A stretch of 32,000 bases of DNA from an uncultured archaeon (GTDB taxonomy: Archaea > Asgardarchaeota > Thorarchaeia > Thorarchaeales > Thorarchaeaceae), in NCBI GenBank assembly GCA_964648855.1, contig CAZYLT010000001.1, forward strand, positions 240,001 through 272,000. Direction: 5' to 3'. Below the pieces are notes generated by a model that saw only the letters and a program-made list of their open reading frames with translations, had not been told where the DNA came from and made no database searches. Made by a program: the position numbers and the translations under genes. Shown here in pieces: positions 17,630 to 26,527 of this stretch; position 1 is the stretch's first letter, and each line of letters starts with the position of its first letter.

Positions 17630-18591
17630 TGCCTGAAGAACAAATCAGGATGCAGTTAGACAAACTTGGACTCGCATTGTCAAAGAGTGAGGAGGATGTT
17701 CTAGCAGCGGTCATTCAAACTTGTAAGAATAAGAACTCAGCCACATTTGCTGATATCCAGAATGTTCTTGTGAAAAAAGGGGGGGCGGCGATATCAAAAC
17801 AATGGATTTACCAATGTTTGTCGAATTTGGAGGATTCCAAACTCATTCAAGCAGGTAGAGGCTTCCCTCAAGATCCGACAGAATATATCAGCAGCATTCT
17901 TACACTTCGAGCAGGTCTCCAGAAAGCTCAGATCCAGAAATCCAAAAAATTGGATGAAAAGGAAAGAAAAATCTCTGAAGATATTCGAAAGATTGATTCG
18001 CTAGAACCCAACAGACTGGCTCATCGATTGATTGAAATCTTGACAGAAAAACCAGCAGGCGGTAAGCCAATTGTTGTACAAGGGATTGCCAGTGTCAGAA
18101 ACCTCTTTGAAACTGAGATACTTGATAACAGCAATCGAGGCGATATTGTAAGACTCGGAGGGAGATTTAGCTTCATAGAAGTGCAGCAACCACGAAATGC
18201 ATCAGTTGAGCTAAGAATAGTTGAAAAATCGATCGAGGGGGTTGTAATTCGCGGGTTGATTCAAATTGACGAAGATAGCGTAGATGAAGCGTTGGAGGAA
18301 AACATAGAGACCTTTTTGAGTATGGGTGAGTTAATCAGGGACTCTATCAAGTCGGGTTATTTAGAATTGAAAGCGATACCTCTTGAGAAATCAACCTATC
18401 AGTTCGTCAGCCTTAACTCAGAAAAGATGTTGCTCTTTCTCACTGGCACAAAGCAACCAGATACAGTTGCATTGTTCACTCGTGAGAATCGACCGATGCT
18501 GCTCGACGATGCCATCAGCTCATTCGATCGATTATGGGCACAGGCGACGGATTTGAATGAAGTCTTATACAACTTTCTGGAAAACATATGA
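17626..18591 (+). CDS. TrmB-like transcriptional regulator, paralog 3
   Basis: LDKLGL, SKQWIYQCLSNLEDSKLI, VVQGIASV, GVVIRGL, SSFDRLW; ATGA overlap with paralog 2. Confidence 0.72.
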   Translation: MMPEEQIRMQLDKLGLALSKSEEDVLAAVIQTCKNKNSATFADIQNVLVKKGGAAISKQWIYQCLSNLEDSKLIQAGRGFPQDPTEYISSILTLRAGLQKAQIQKSKKLDEKERKISEDIRKIDSLEPNRLAHRLIEILTEKPAGGKPIVVQGIASVRNLFETEILDNSNRGDIVRLGGRFSFIEVQQPRNASVELRIVEKSIEGVVIRGLIQIDEDSVDEALEENIETFLSMGELIRDSIKSGYLELKAIPLEKSTYQFVSLNSEKMLLFLTGTKQPDTVALFTRENRPMLLDDAISSFDRLWAQATDLNEVLYNFLENI

Positions 18592-18612
18592 TGGTTTTGA
18601 AAATGTGGCATA

Positions 18613-19686
18613 CTAGTCGTTTTGCTGATTAATCCAGTCTGTATTCTTCGACAGCGTCAGGAAAATATCATCACATACGGCATCAAAATCACTATACATT
18701 CCATATTCTCCCCCAGCAGCATAGGGATGACCACCACCATCGAAAAGCTTTGCGGCTTCGTTACAAAGAACGTTCTCGCTGCCACGTCTAAATCCCAGCA
18801 TTCCACCTTGGCTGAGAGTGATCAGCAAATCTGCTACAGGGACCCTTTGCCCCTCGAGTTCTAGATTTTCTTCCGTTGCAAGAAAAGTGCCCAAGTCAGT
18901 AGTGGTTACTCCAGAGGGAATCTCGACGATTCTTACCAATTGCCCTTGAATGGAATGATCACAGTGCCCAACAAGAGCCTTCTTCATCTTCTTCAATCGC
19001 TCTTTCTGGTAGTAGGCAACTTGCTTCTGGAGGAGGTTGTTTCGGAATCGTTTATGATTGCTATCCCAAACACCTTCAACCCCGTTCTTAGCGAGAGCCT
19101 CTACTATGGGTATAAGGGTGTCTGTAATGTCTTCTCTCTTATCTATAGCCGAAAAACGAATTACAGATACGGCGTCGGTGAGTGCTGATGCCGCCTCTAT
19201 TTCTCTCAGATTAAAATCTGTATCATGCGCTATAGTAGCTAGTTCTTGGCTTATGACGTCACGAGGCATTAACACCTTTTGAGTAATCTCAGCTGCACAA
19301 TATTCCGGGTTGACTTTGAGAACAGGATTATTCTCCAAAGACAGTAGTGATTTGATTGCAGCTGGCTGCCATAAGTGATGGTCTAACCACACAATCCTGC
19401 ATCCTTGAGAGACCGCCTGGGACAGTGAAGGCAATGCCTGATTCATAGCGGGCTCATCCATTCCTAAATCAGTGACCACAATGAGGCTATTTCTCATTGC
19501 TGCCACTTTGCTGAATGCCAGATCGAAACTCCCATAATCAGTCAGCATGAGGTTATGCTCAAGGTTCTTAGACATTGCATATCTCCAAACGATAGCGGCG
19601 GATGCAATTCCATCGACATCTTTGTCGTGAGAAATGGAGAAGAGTGATTCCATGCGTTTCTTCTTATTTTGTCCCTCAGTTGTCAT
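18613..19686 (-). CDS. DHH/DHHA1-family phosphoesterase
   Basis: SHDKDVDGIAS, VTDL, WLDHH, HD, GGGHPYAAG. Confidence 0.88.
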   Translation of the reverse strand: MTTEGQNKKKRMESLFSISHDKDVDGIASAAIVWRYAMSKNLEHNLMLTDYGSFDLAFSKVAAMRNSLIVVTDLGMDEPAMNQALPSLSQAVSQGCRIVWLDHHLWQPAAIKSLLSLENNPVLKVNPEYCAAEITQKVLMPRDVISQELATIAHDTDFNLREIEAASALTDAVSVIRFSAIDKREDITDTLIPIVEALAKNGVEGVWDSNHKRFRNNLLQKQVAYYQKERLKKMKKALVGHCDHSIQGQLVRIVEIPSGVTTTDLGTFLATEENLELEGQRVPVADLLITLSQGGMLGFRRGSENVLCNEAAKLFDGGGHPYAAGGEYGMYSDFDAVCDDIFLTLSKNTDWINQQND

Positions 19687-19799
19687 TGTGGTCTCTGTTG
19701 CCCACGTCAGTACTGCTTTTCTTTCTTACTGCATGGTAGTCTCAGCTATTACGAAATCGTTTTCAGCCAGTGAATGTCTTCGTTCATGGTGGTCCCCAA

Positions 19800-21665
19800 A
19801 TGGATGAATCTAAAGACATCTCAATGCTGAGCGGAAATGAAGCAATAGCACGGGGTGCACTTGAGGCAGGGATTGGCTTCTGCGCATCATACCCGGGGAC
19901 TCCATCCACAGAGATTACATCAACATTGATGAAAAATAGAGAAGACAAGAGGCTGTATGTCGAGTGGAGTGCTAATGAAAAAGTCGCCTTAGAGGCATGT
20001 GCCGGAGCAAGCTGGATGGGAGTGCCGGCATTATGCCCAATGAAATCATTGGGGCTGAATGTGGCTTCAGACTTCTTACTCAATTTGAATCTGTCAGGAA
20101 CCGGAGAAGGCGGCCTCGTTGTTGTAGTTTGCGACGACCCCCAAGGTCATAGCTCGAGTAACGAGCAAGATTCCAGATTTTACTCGAAGGCAAGCTATCT
20201 CCCACTTATCGAACCTGCAGGATTTCAGCAGGCAAAAGATGTCATTCCTTATGCGTTTGAATTGTCAAGAAAGTACGAGATTCCAGTGCTGGTGAGGAGC
20301 ACTACACGTCTCAGCCATTCAAGAGGCTTAGTTAAATTGGGAGTTGAGCCCGATGTTACATGGGAACTATCTGATGAGATACCTTCGGATTTGTACAATG
20401 TTCCGACACCTCATCTTCGACACAGAGATCTGCTAAACAATCTAGAGAGAATTTCTGACGATTTCATGAAATCCGATTGGAACAGAGTAGAAGATGCGAA
20501 AGATTCTGATGTGTCGATAATCACATCGGGGGTTTGCAGAAGCTATGCACACGAGGCAATAAGATTATCAGAAACGAATGCCTCATTGCTGAGTTTGATC
20601 ACAACTCATCCTCTACCAGTCCCTCTCATAAGAGAGTATCTGGTTGATTCTAGACAAGCTTTGATCATTGAAGAAGTAGATCCATTCATTGAAGATGCCA
20701 TTCTACAACATAGTAAGGGGCTGAGGAAAACCGACATCCATGGGAAACGGGATGGAATCATGCCACAGTATGGCGAGATGGACGTAGACAAAATCCTTCA
20801 AGGATTGTCCAAGCTTGGTCTTGTTGGCGATAAACCTCATCATCGAAATCGGGTGGCGATAGAGAAAGCTATGAACACTCTTATCCCGAGACCCCTTACC
20901 TTTTGTCCCGGTTGTACACATCGAAACGTGTTTTGGGCAATTCGTCAGGTCCGAAAAAGGCTGTCCGGCAAACTTGTTGTTGCTGGGGATATTGGCTGCT
21001 ATAGCCTTGGTGTATTCTATGGCGATTCGATGAATACCATGCAGGCGATGGGCTCAGGGATTGGGACAGCAAATGGACTTGGGCAGCTCCACAGATTTGG
21101 TCTTGAATCCAAAGTAATCGCCGTAGCGGGCGATTCAACATTTTTCCATGCATGTATACCTGCCCTCATCAATGCACGTCACAAAGGTGCAGAGGTAACA
21201 TTTCTGATTCTTGATAATAGCTCAACCGCAATGACGGGATTTCAGCCACACCCCGGAATCTTGAGTGGAGATGAAGACCAGCGTAGAGTCACAATTTCCT
21301 CTGTAGTTGAAGGGATAGGTGTGAACGTTCTGGATGTCATAGATTCGAATGATGTTTCACTTCTCATTGATTCTATTCTTGATGCTGTGCACAGACCCGG
21401 GATTAAGGTCATAATAGCAAAAGGAGTCTGTAGACTTGAGGAAGGAAAGAGCATAGGAGCGTATGACGACCTTCCAGAAGTAAGGATAATCAAAGAAAAA
21501 TGTCGTGGCGAGTCCTGCAAACTTTGTGTGAGTAGCTTTGGATGCGCGGCGCTGGCGTGGGATGAGGAGGAAGGACATCCAAAAATACTGGATGATCTAT
21601 GCACTCGATGTGGGGCTTGTGTATACGTTTGTCCTCATGATGCGATTGAGGGAGGCAACCAATAA
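19800..21665 (+). CDS. iorA: Indolepyruvate:ferredoxin oxidoreductase subunit alpha
   Basis: SGNEAIARG, YPGTPSTE, NEKVALE, DD..GHSSSNEQDSR, FCPGCTHR, GDIGCY, GDSTFFH, LDNSSTAMTGFQPHPG, C-terminal ferredoxin motif CTRCGACVYVCP. Confidence 0.93.
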   Translation: MDESKDISMLSGNEAIARGALEAGIGFCASYPGTPSTEITSTLMKNREDKRLYVEWSANEKVALEACAGASWMGVPALCPMKSLGLNVASDFLLNLNLSGTGEGGLVVVVCDDPQGHSSSNEQDSRFYSKASYLPLIEPAGFQQAKDVIPYAFELSRKYEIPVLVRSTTRLSHSRGLVKLGVEPDVTWELSDEIPSDLYNVPTPHLRHRDLLNNLERISDDFMKSDWNRVEDAKDSDVSIITSGVCRSYAHEAIRLSETNASLLSLITTHPLPVPLIREYLVDSRQALIIEEVDPFIEDAILQHSKGLRKTDIHGKRDGIMPQYGEMDVDKILQGLSKLGLVGDKPHHRNRVAIEKAMNTLIPRPLTFCPGCTHRNVFWAIRQVRKRLSGKLVVAGDIGCYSLGVFYGDSMNTMQAMGSGIGTANGLGQLHRFGLESKVIAVAGDSTFFHACIPALINARHKGAEVTFLILDNSSTAMTGFQPHPGILSGDEDQRRVTISSVVEGIGVNVLDVIDSNDVSLLIDSILDAVHRPGIKVIIAKGVCRLEEGKSIGAYDDLPEVRIIKEKCRGESCKLCVSSFGCAALAWDEEEGHPKILDDLCTRCGACVYVCPHDAIEGGNQ

Positions 21666-22267
21666 TGCGTGAGTCCTTCGATATACTAATCGCTGGTGTA
21701 GGCGGACAGGGAAACCTTGTCTGTGGACAGGTAATATCAGATGCAGCCATTCGTCAGGGTTACTCGCCCGTCATTGGACAAATCTTTGGGGCTTCACGCC
21801 GGGGAGGCACAGTCTTCACTCATGTCCGGCTAGCTGATGGAGATGTAGGACCACTGATTCCGAAGGGAGGACCGAATTTGATTCTTGGTCTTGAAGCCCT
21901 TGAAACGCTACGAGCCAGCGTGGAATACGGAGGAGAGGAAACACTGGTAGTACTTAGCGAAACGCTTCTAGACACTCTAGCTTCACTGGCTGGTGCTGCG
22001 AATTATCCAAGCCTGCCAGACATCGTCCAACTTATGAAAGGTATCTGCAAGGATGTCGTATCCTTCAATACAGAGAAGAGTCTTGAAGAAATCGGGTCAT
22101 TTCGAACGTTGAATTCCTATATGATTGGGGTGATGATTGGCCTCGAAATCACACCACTAGAAAAGGACTTGGTAGAAACAAGTATCGACTCGCTACTGGG
22201 CTCGCGGTATCCTAATTTGAAAGCCTTTCAGCGAGGCGTTTCTGAAGCGATAAAACAAAAAACGTGA
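21665..22267 (+). CDS. iorB: Indolepyruvate:ferredoxin oxidoreductase subunit beta
   Basis: AGVGGQG, GASRRGGTVFTHVR, GLEALE, NLKAF; TAATG overlap with iorA. Confidence 0.9.
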   Translation: MRESFDILIAGVGGQGNLVCGQVISDAAIRQGYSPVIGQIFGASRRGGTVFTHVRLADGDVGPLIPKGGPNLILGLEALETLRASVEYGGEETLVVLSETLLDTLASLAGAANYPSLPDIVQLMKGICKDVVSFNTEKSLEEIGSFRTLNSYMIGVMIGLEITPLEKDLVETSIDSLLGSRYPNLKAFQRGVSEAIKQKT

Positions 22268-22280
22268 GTTCAGGAACCTA

Positions 22281-24611
22281 TCATTTTTGGGCTCTCTTCT
22301 TTGCGTCAGCCTGGATGCGTGCCTCGTCCCACATCAGTTCAGACAGGACCGTAAACATATCACCCACATTTTCACCAGTCTTTGCTGAACTCTCCATATA
22401 CAAGAATCCGTTGTTCTCAGCCCAAGTCTTAGCCTCATCGGAACTGACGGCTCTATCAGGAAGGTCGATCTTGTTCCCCACAACAATCATGGGAACTCGG
22501 GCACCTACTGCGTCATCGGCCTCCTGTATCCATCTCTCCAACTCAGTGAACGTCCTGCGTCTGGTCACATCGAAGACCACGATGCATCCTGCAGCGCCAC
22601 TATAGTACATCTTCCGGACTCCCTTAAACCGGGCCTGGCCTGCCACGTCCCACACTTGGATTTTTATGCCAACAGCAAATTCTGGCTCTTGCGGAAAGAT
22701 GTGAGTAAGTTTGACGGCGAATTGAGAGCCAATGGTTGTCTTGTAGTCAGTAGAGAATGACCCAGTCGTATATCGGTTAACGAGCGCTGTTTTTCCAACG
22801 GCACCCTCTCCAATAATCATGACCTTGAATAAGTAGGAGTATTCGTCAGTGTCAGCACCCGGACGAGGAGGCTTAGGTGGTCTGTTTTTGATGAATGTTA
22901 CCTTATCACTCTCGACCTCAACAGGTTCAATTTCCTCTACAGTCGTAGGTACCTCTGGAGTGATAGCTGGCTCAGGCTCCACTGTTTCAGCATGCTCAGG
23001 AGAAACAACTTCGGCAACCGTTTCCTCCACTGTATCGACAATCTCCTCAGCTGGCGCAGATGTCTTCTCGCCAAATAGCTGGTCCAAGAGATCTTCTGCA
23101 GCCTTCAGCGATTCCGTGGTTCCACTGGAAGTTTCAATCTTGATTCCTTCGCCTGCGTGCTCGCGTACTGCCCCAAAGCCAGTTGCTTCTCCTACAGCCT
23201 CTTCTTCAAAAGCAGCCTCACTGGAAACCTTTACAGGTGCAACATCTGCAGGGACAGCATCAACGAAGCCTTCATCAACTAGGAGTGCAGTTTCCGGTGT
23301 AGTAACCTGTTTGACCTGTCCATCTTCGTCAGCCCACATCAAGACTATTGGGCGAATGATGACGCTGCCTTCAACCTTTGGCATCAAGTTGACATTGACA
23401 GTCTTGCTTTCCTTTGGTCCCAAGTCCATCTTGATTTGCTGAGGTTCAACAACCAGGTTGTCTTTTGGAAAATGGTATATTTTTCCTGAGATTCCGTTTA
23501 TTGGGGCGTCAGTGACATTTACGACGGTCAGACTGCCCTGAATGACTTTGCCTTCCTCCTGCTTCTTGACATCAAATACGGGCAATAGTTGGTATAGCCC
23601 CTCAATAATGTACAAGGGACCCTCTGAAACACCTACTAGGACCTCCTTTCTATAATCGGCAGCGACGTCCCCAACACATATTGAGAGAATCTTCGACCCA
23701 ATATCCACCATTCCAATCTCGGTAAGCTCGCCTTGATCTAGTTTGTAGAATCGAATTTTGAAGTCCTTCCCCGCCACCACAATTTCATCTAGATGGTCTG
23801 CGTTCAATTCTTCAATGCGTATTGAAAGAGCACTAACATTTTCAAGTTTGGAGAAGAGATGGAGTCTGCTCTCTTCATTTCTGTAAATGCGGATGGAACC
23901 ATCATGGGTGACCACTCCAAGCTCCATTTTTCTATCACCCAGAATGTCACCATCAGCTATTGAGATGATGGGGGAGGGAAGTTCTATCACTTCCGTTTCT
24001 TCAAGTGTTCTATCTCTGACTTTGTAGACACGTAACGTCTTATCTCGATTGCCAATGATGATCTCGTCAATCTCATCACCAATCACATCACAAGTCCCAA
24101 TGGAGATAGGCATGTCATCCAGCTTGTGCAAAATAGTTTCAGTTAGATTGTTGTCCGTGTTCATCTTATACACACGAACAGTTGAATCGCTCCCTCCAGC
24201 CATGATTTCATTCTTATTATCGCCTGTGACATCAGTGACGACTACAGTTGTGACGAAAGCATCGATATTTGATTCTGCTAGTAGGTCCAGAGTTCCGCTG
24301 GGAGAGTAGCGATAGATTTGCAGTGTTCCGGCAGTACCAGGAGATTCATCTGGGCCAACGCTTCTTCCTACAACAATTTCCATTAGCCCGTCATTATTAG
24401 CATCAGCAATTTTCAGGGAGAGAATGGCGCCAGTGATATCTTTCTGAGCCAATAGCTCAGTCGAACCATTCTTGGCGTCATAAAGTCGAATCAGTCCATC
24501 TCTACCGCCCGTACAGAGTTCATCTTGTCCGGACCCTGTAACATCTCCGACGGCAATTGCGCTTGTGTTAACTTCATCATCAACCTTAAACAGCACTTGT
24601 GGCGATCCCAA
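22281..24611 (-). CDS. Fusion of seven-bladed FG-GAP-type beta-propeller, Ig-like beta-sandwich, acidic linker and C-terminal Rab-like small GTPase
   Basis: Seven repeats of hxxGDhxGDxxxEhhhGxxDxxhRhY; beta-rich segment; Glu/Pro/Ala/Val linker; G1 GEGAVGKT, G2 TIG, G3 WDVAGQ, G4 NKID, G5 SAK. Confidence 0.9.
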   Translation of the reverse strand: MGSPQVLFKVDDEVNTSAIAVGDVTGSGQDELCTGGRDGLIRLYDAKNGSTELLAQKDITGAILSLKIADANNDGLMEIVVGRSVGPDESPGTAGTLQIYRYSPSGTLDLLAESNIDAFVTTVVVTDVTGDNKNEIMAGGSDSTVRVYKMNTDNNLTETILHKLDDMPISIGTCDVIGDEIDEIIIGNRDKTLRVYKVRDRTLEETEVIELPSPIISIADGDILGDRKMELGVVTHDGSIRIYRNEESRLHLFSKLENVSALSIRIEELNADHLDEIVVAGKDFKIRFYKLDQGELTEIGMVDIGSKILSICVGDVAADYRKEVLVGVSEGPLYIIEGLYQLLPVFDVKKQEEGKVIQGSLTVVNVTDAPINGISGKIYHFPKDNLVVEPQQIKMDLGPKESKTVNVNLMPKVEGSVIIRPIVLMWADEDGQVKQVTTPETALLVDEGFVDAVPADVAPVKVSSEAAFEEEAVGEATGFGAVREHAGEGIKIETSSGTTESLKAAEDLLDQLFGEKTSAPAEEIVDTVEETVAEVVSPEHAETVEPEPAITPEVPTTVEEIEPVEVESDKVTFIKNRPPKPPRPGADTDEYSYLFKVMIIGEGAVGKTALVNRYTTGSFSTDYKTTIGSQFAVKLTHIFPQEPEFAVGIKIQVWDVAGQARFKGVRKMYYSGAAGCIVVFDVTRRRTFTELERWIQEADDAVGARVPMIVVGNKIDLPDRAVSSDEAKTWAENNGFLYMESSAKTGENVGDMFTVLSELMWDEARIQADAKKRAQK

Positions 24612-24804
24612 TTGGGTTCATCTCCTATCTGACCCTGCAAAATTTCCGAGCCGCAATTTGCCTATAAATTCTAGCCTGATGCATCAGTCAGTATATTATA
24701 TTCAGAATGCCAAAGGGCCTTTTTGTACTTTGTTAGGATTTCATCGGACGCGACTGAACGACACACTATTTAACGGGAGGAGAACAATTTTGTTTGTGTG
24801 GAAA

Positions 24805-25608
24805 ATGGCGAAACTCTCTGTCCGGAATATATCCAAATCCTTCATTAACGGTGAGCAAGGCGTTACAGAGGTTCTAGATGGTATTTCCTTCGAGATTGAG
24901 GAAGGTGAGTTCGTTTGTTTGCTTGGGCCATCTGGATGCGGAAAAACCACCCTTCTGAAGTCTATTGCGGGGCTTCTCGAGGCGGATGAGGGAGAGATTA
25001 CAATTGATGGCACTGTGGTTAGAAAGGGAAAAAGCGATGTTGGTTACATTTTCCAGCAGGAGAGTCTATTCCCATGGTTGACAGTGAGGCAGAATGTGGA
25101 GTTTGGACTGAAGATTAAAGGCATTGCTAAAGACCAGATGAAAGAGCGACTCGAACACATTCTCAAATTGGTGGATTTGGACGAATATCAAAATAATCTG
25201 CCCCACGAGATATCAGGAGGGCAGGCTCGCAGAGCAGAAATGGCACGTAGCCTTGTGATCAGTCCTGAGATTCTCATATCAGATGAGGCACTGTCAAATC
25301 TTGATGCGCAGACCCGTAACCATTTGCAGGATGAAATTCTGAGAATCTGGGAGAATACCGGTTCAACAATTCTTTTTGTCACTCATAATGTTGATGAGGC
25401 TGTTTATACTGCTGATAGAATTCTGGTCATGAGCAACATTCCGGCCAAAATCATTGCCGAATTTGACGTAGACCTTCAGCGACCGAGAGACCGGACCAAT
25501 CCCGAATTCATCGAGTACCGAAGAAGAATCTTGCAGATTCTTAAGGTTGAGCAGCAAAAAGCCATGGAACGAATCGAAAAGGGAGAGCACCAATTTAGCA
25601 TCTTATGA
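24805..25608 (+). CDS. ABC transporter ATP-binding subunit, NitT/TauT family
   Basis: GPSGCGKT, FQ...LFPWLTVRQNV, ISGGQ, SDEALSNLD, VTHNVDEA, LQRPRDR; ATG 24805 preferred over the ORF-track start. Confidence 0.92.
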   Translation: MAKLSVRNISKSFINGEQGVTEVLDGISFEIEEGEFVCLLGPSGCGKTTLLKSIAGLLEADEGEITIDGTVVRKGKSDVGYIFQQESLFPWLTVRQNVEFGLKIKGIAKDQMKERLEHILKLVDLDEYQNNLPHEISGGQARRAEMARSLVISPEILISDEALSNLDAQTRNHLQDEILRIWENTGSTILFVTHNVDEAVYTADRILVMSNIPAKIIAEFDVDLQRPRDRTNPEFIEYRRRILQILKVEQQKAMERIEKGEHQFSIL

Positions 25609-25629
25609 CACAAGTCAGATGGAATCGAT

Positions 25630-26472
25630 TCAAACAGATACCTCTTGTCGCCAGACTAGCAACCTACGTTCAATATATAGAAAGAGATAGCTTATTGCAA
25701 ACCCAATAACGCCGATGACAATCATACCAGTGATGACCGCGCCCGTTCGCCCAACCTGCTGCATTATGAGAACAAGGTATCCCAGACCTAATCCACCACC
25801 AATCATCTCTGCCGCAACAAGGCACATCCAACCGATCCCGAAACCGACTCTCAGGCCAGCAAATATTTCCGGCGCAGCAGACGGGACTACTATTTTACTT
25901 ACTATCTGCCGCTCAGAGGCACCAAATGTTTTTGCCACATCAATATGAACGGGACTCGTTCTCTTGACGCCAGCGGTAGTATTAATGAGAATTGGGAAGA
26001 ATGCACCAATCCAGATGATAAAGACTTGAGAGTAAATGAAACTTTGACTGAATAACAAGATGGAGAGTGGAATCCATGCTATCGGCGGAATGGGCCTCAT
26101 GGCTTCTACCACAGGACCGATTGTTGCATCAAGCAACTTGTACCTACCTATGGCTATACCAAGAGGAATTCCCGTCGCAGAAGCAACTAGAAAACCAAGT
26201 AATACTCTGTATAGGCTTTGACCCACATGTCGAAGCAAAGTATTGCCTTCACTATCGCCGATTAGCAGGAGACGCATAAACGCATCTGCAACATCGACTA
26301 AGGTAATGCCTCCCGAAATCCAAGCAACAACGCTCCAAATCACGATGAGAAGCACAAGCGGGATTATCACTCGCGTGACTATCTTGAAGAGAGGCTTCTC
26401 CAATTCTACAGAGAGATGTCGAGTTCCCTTTGTAGGTTGATCCTCTTTCACAATCGGGTCTTGAGCAGCCAT
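25630..26472 (-). CDS. ABC transporter permease, NitT/TauT family
   Basis: SLYRVLLGF, RPIPPIAWIPL, AKTFGAS...PSAAPEIFAGLR, LVAAEM...GLGYL; start MAAQD at 26472 preferred. Confidence 0.92.
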   Translation of the reverse strand: MAAQDPIVKEDQPTKGTRHLSVELEKPLFKIVTRVIIPLVLLIVIWSVVAWISGGITLVDVADAFMRLLLIGDSEGNTLLRHVGQSLYRVLLGFLVASATGIPLGIAIGRYKLLDATIGPVVEAMRPIPPIAWIPLSILLFSQSFIYSQVFIIWIGAFFPILINTTAGVKRTSPVHIDVAKTFGASERQIVSKIVVPSAAPEIFAGLRVGFGIGWMCLVAAEMIGGGLGLGYLVLIMQQVGRTGAVITGMIVIGVIGFAISYLFLYIERRLLVWRQEVSV

Positions 26473-26527
26473 ATTGGTCAGTCTTTTTGGTGAAGAGAAT
26501 CCTTTTGTTTCTGTCGATTCTGCTATA

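Noticed and set aside
22264-23442. Plus-strand ORFs 22264-22605 and 22849-23442
   Set aside because: Antisense shadows of the GTPase domain and the low-complexity acidic linker.
24565-24804. 80-aa N-terminal extension of the ABC ATPase in the ORF track
   Set aside because: Overlaps the divergent gene start and promoter region; family-like sequence begins at MAKLSVRNISK (24805).
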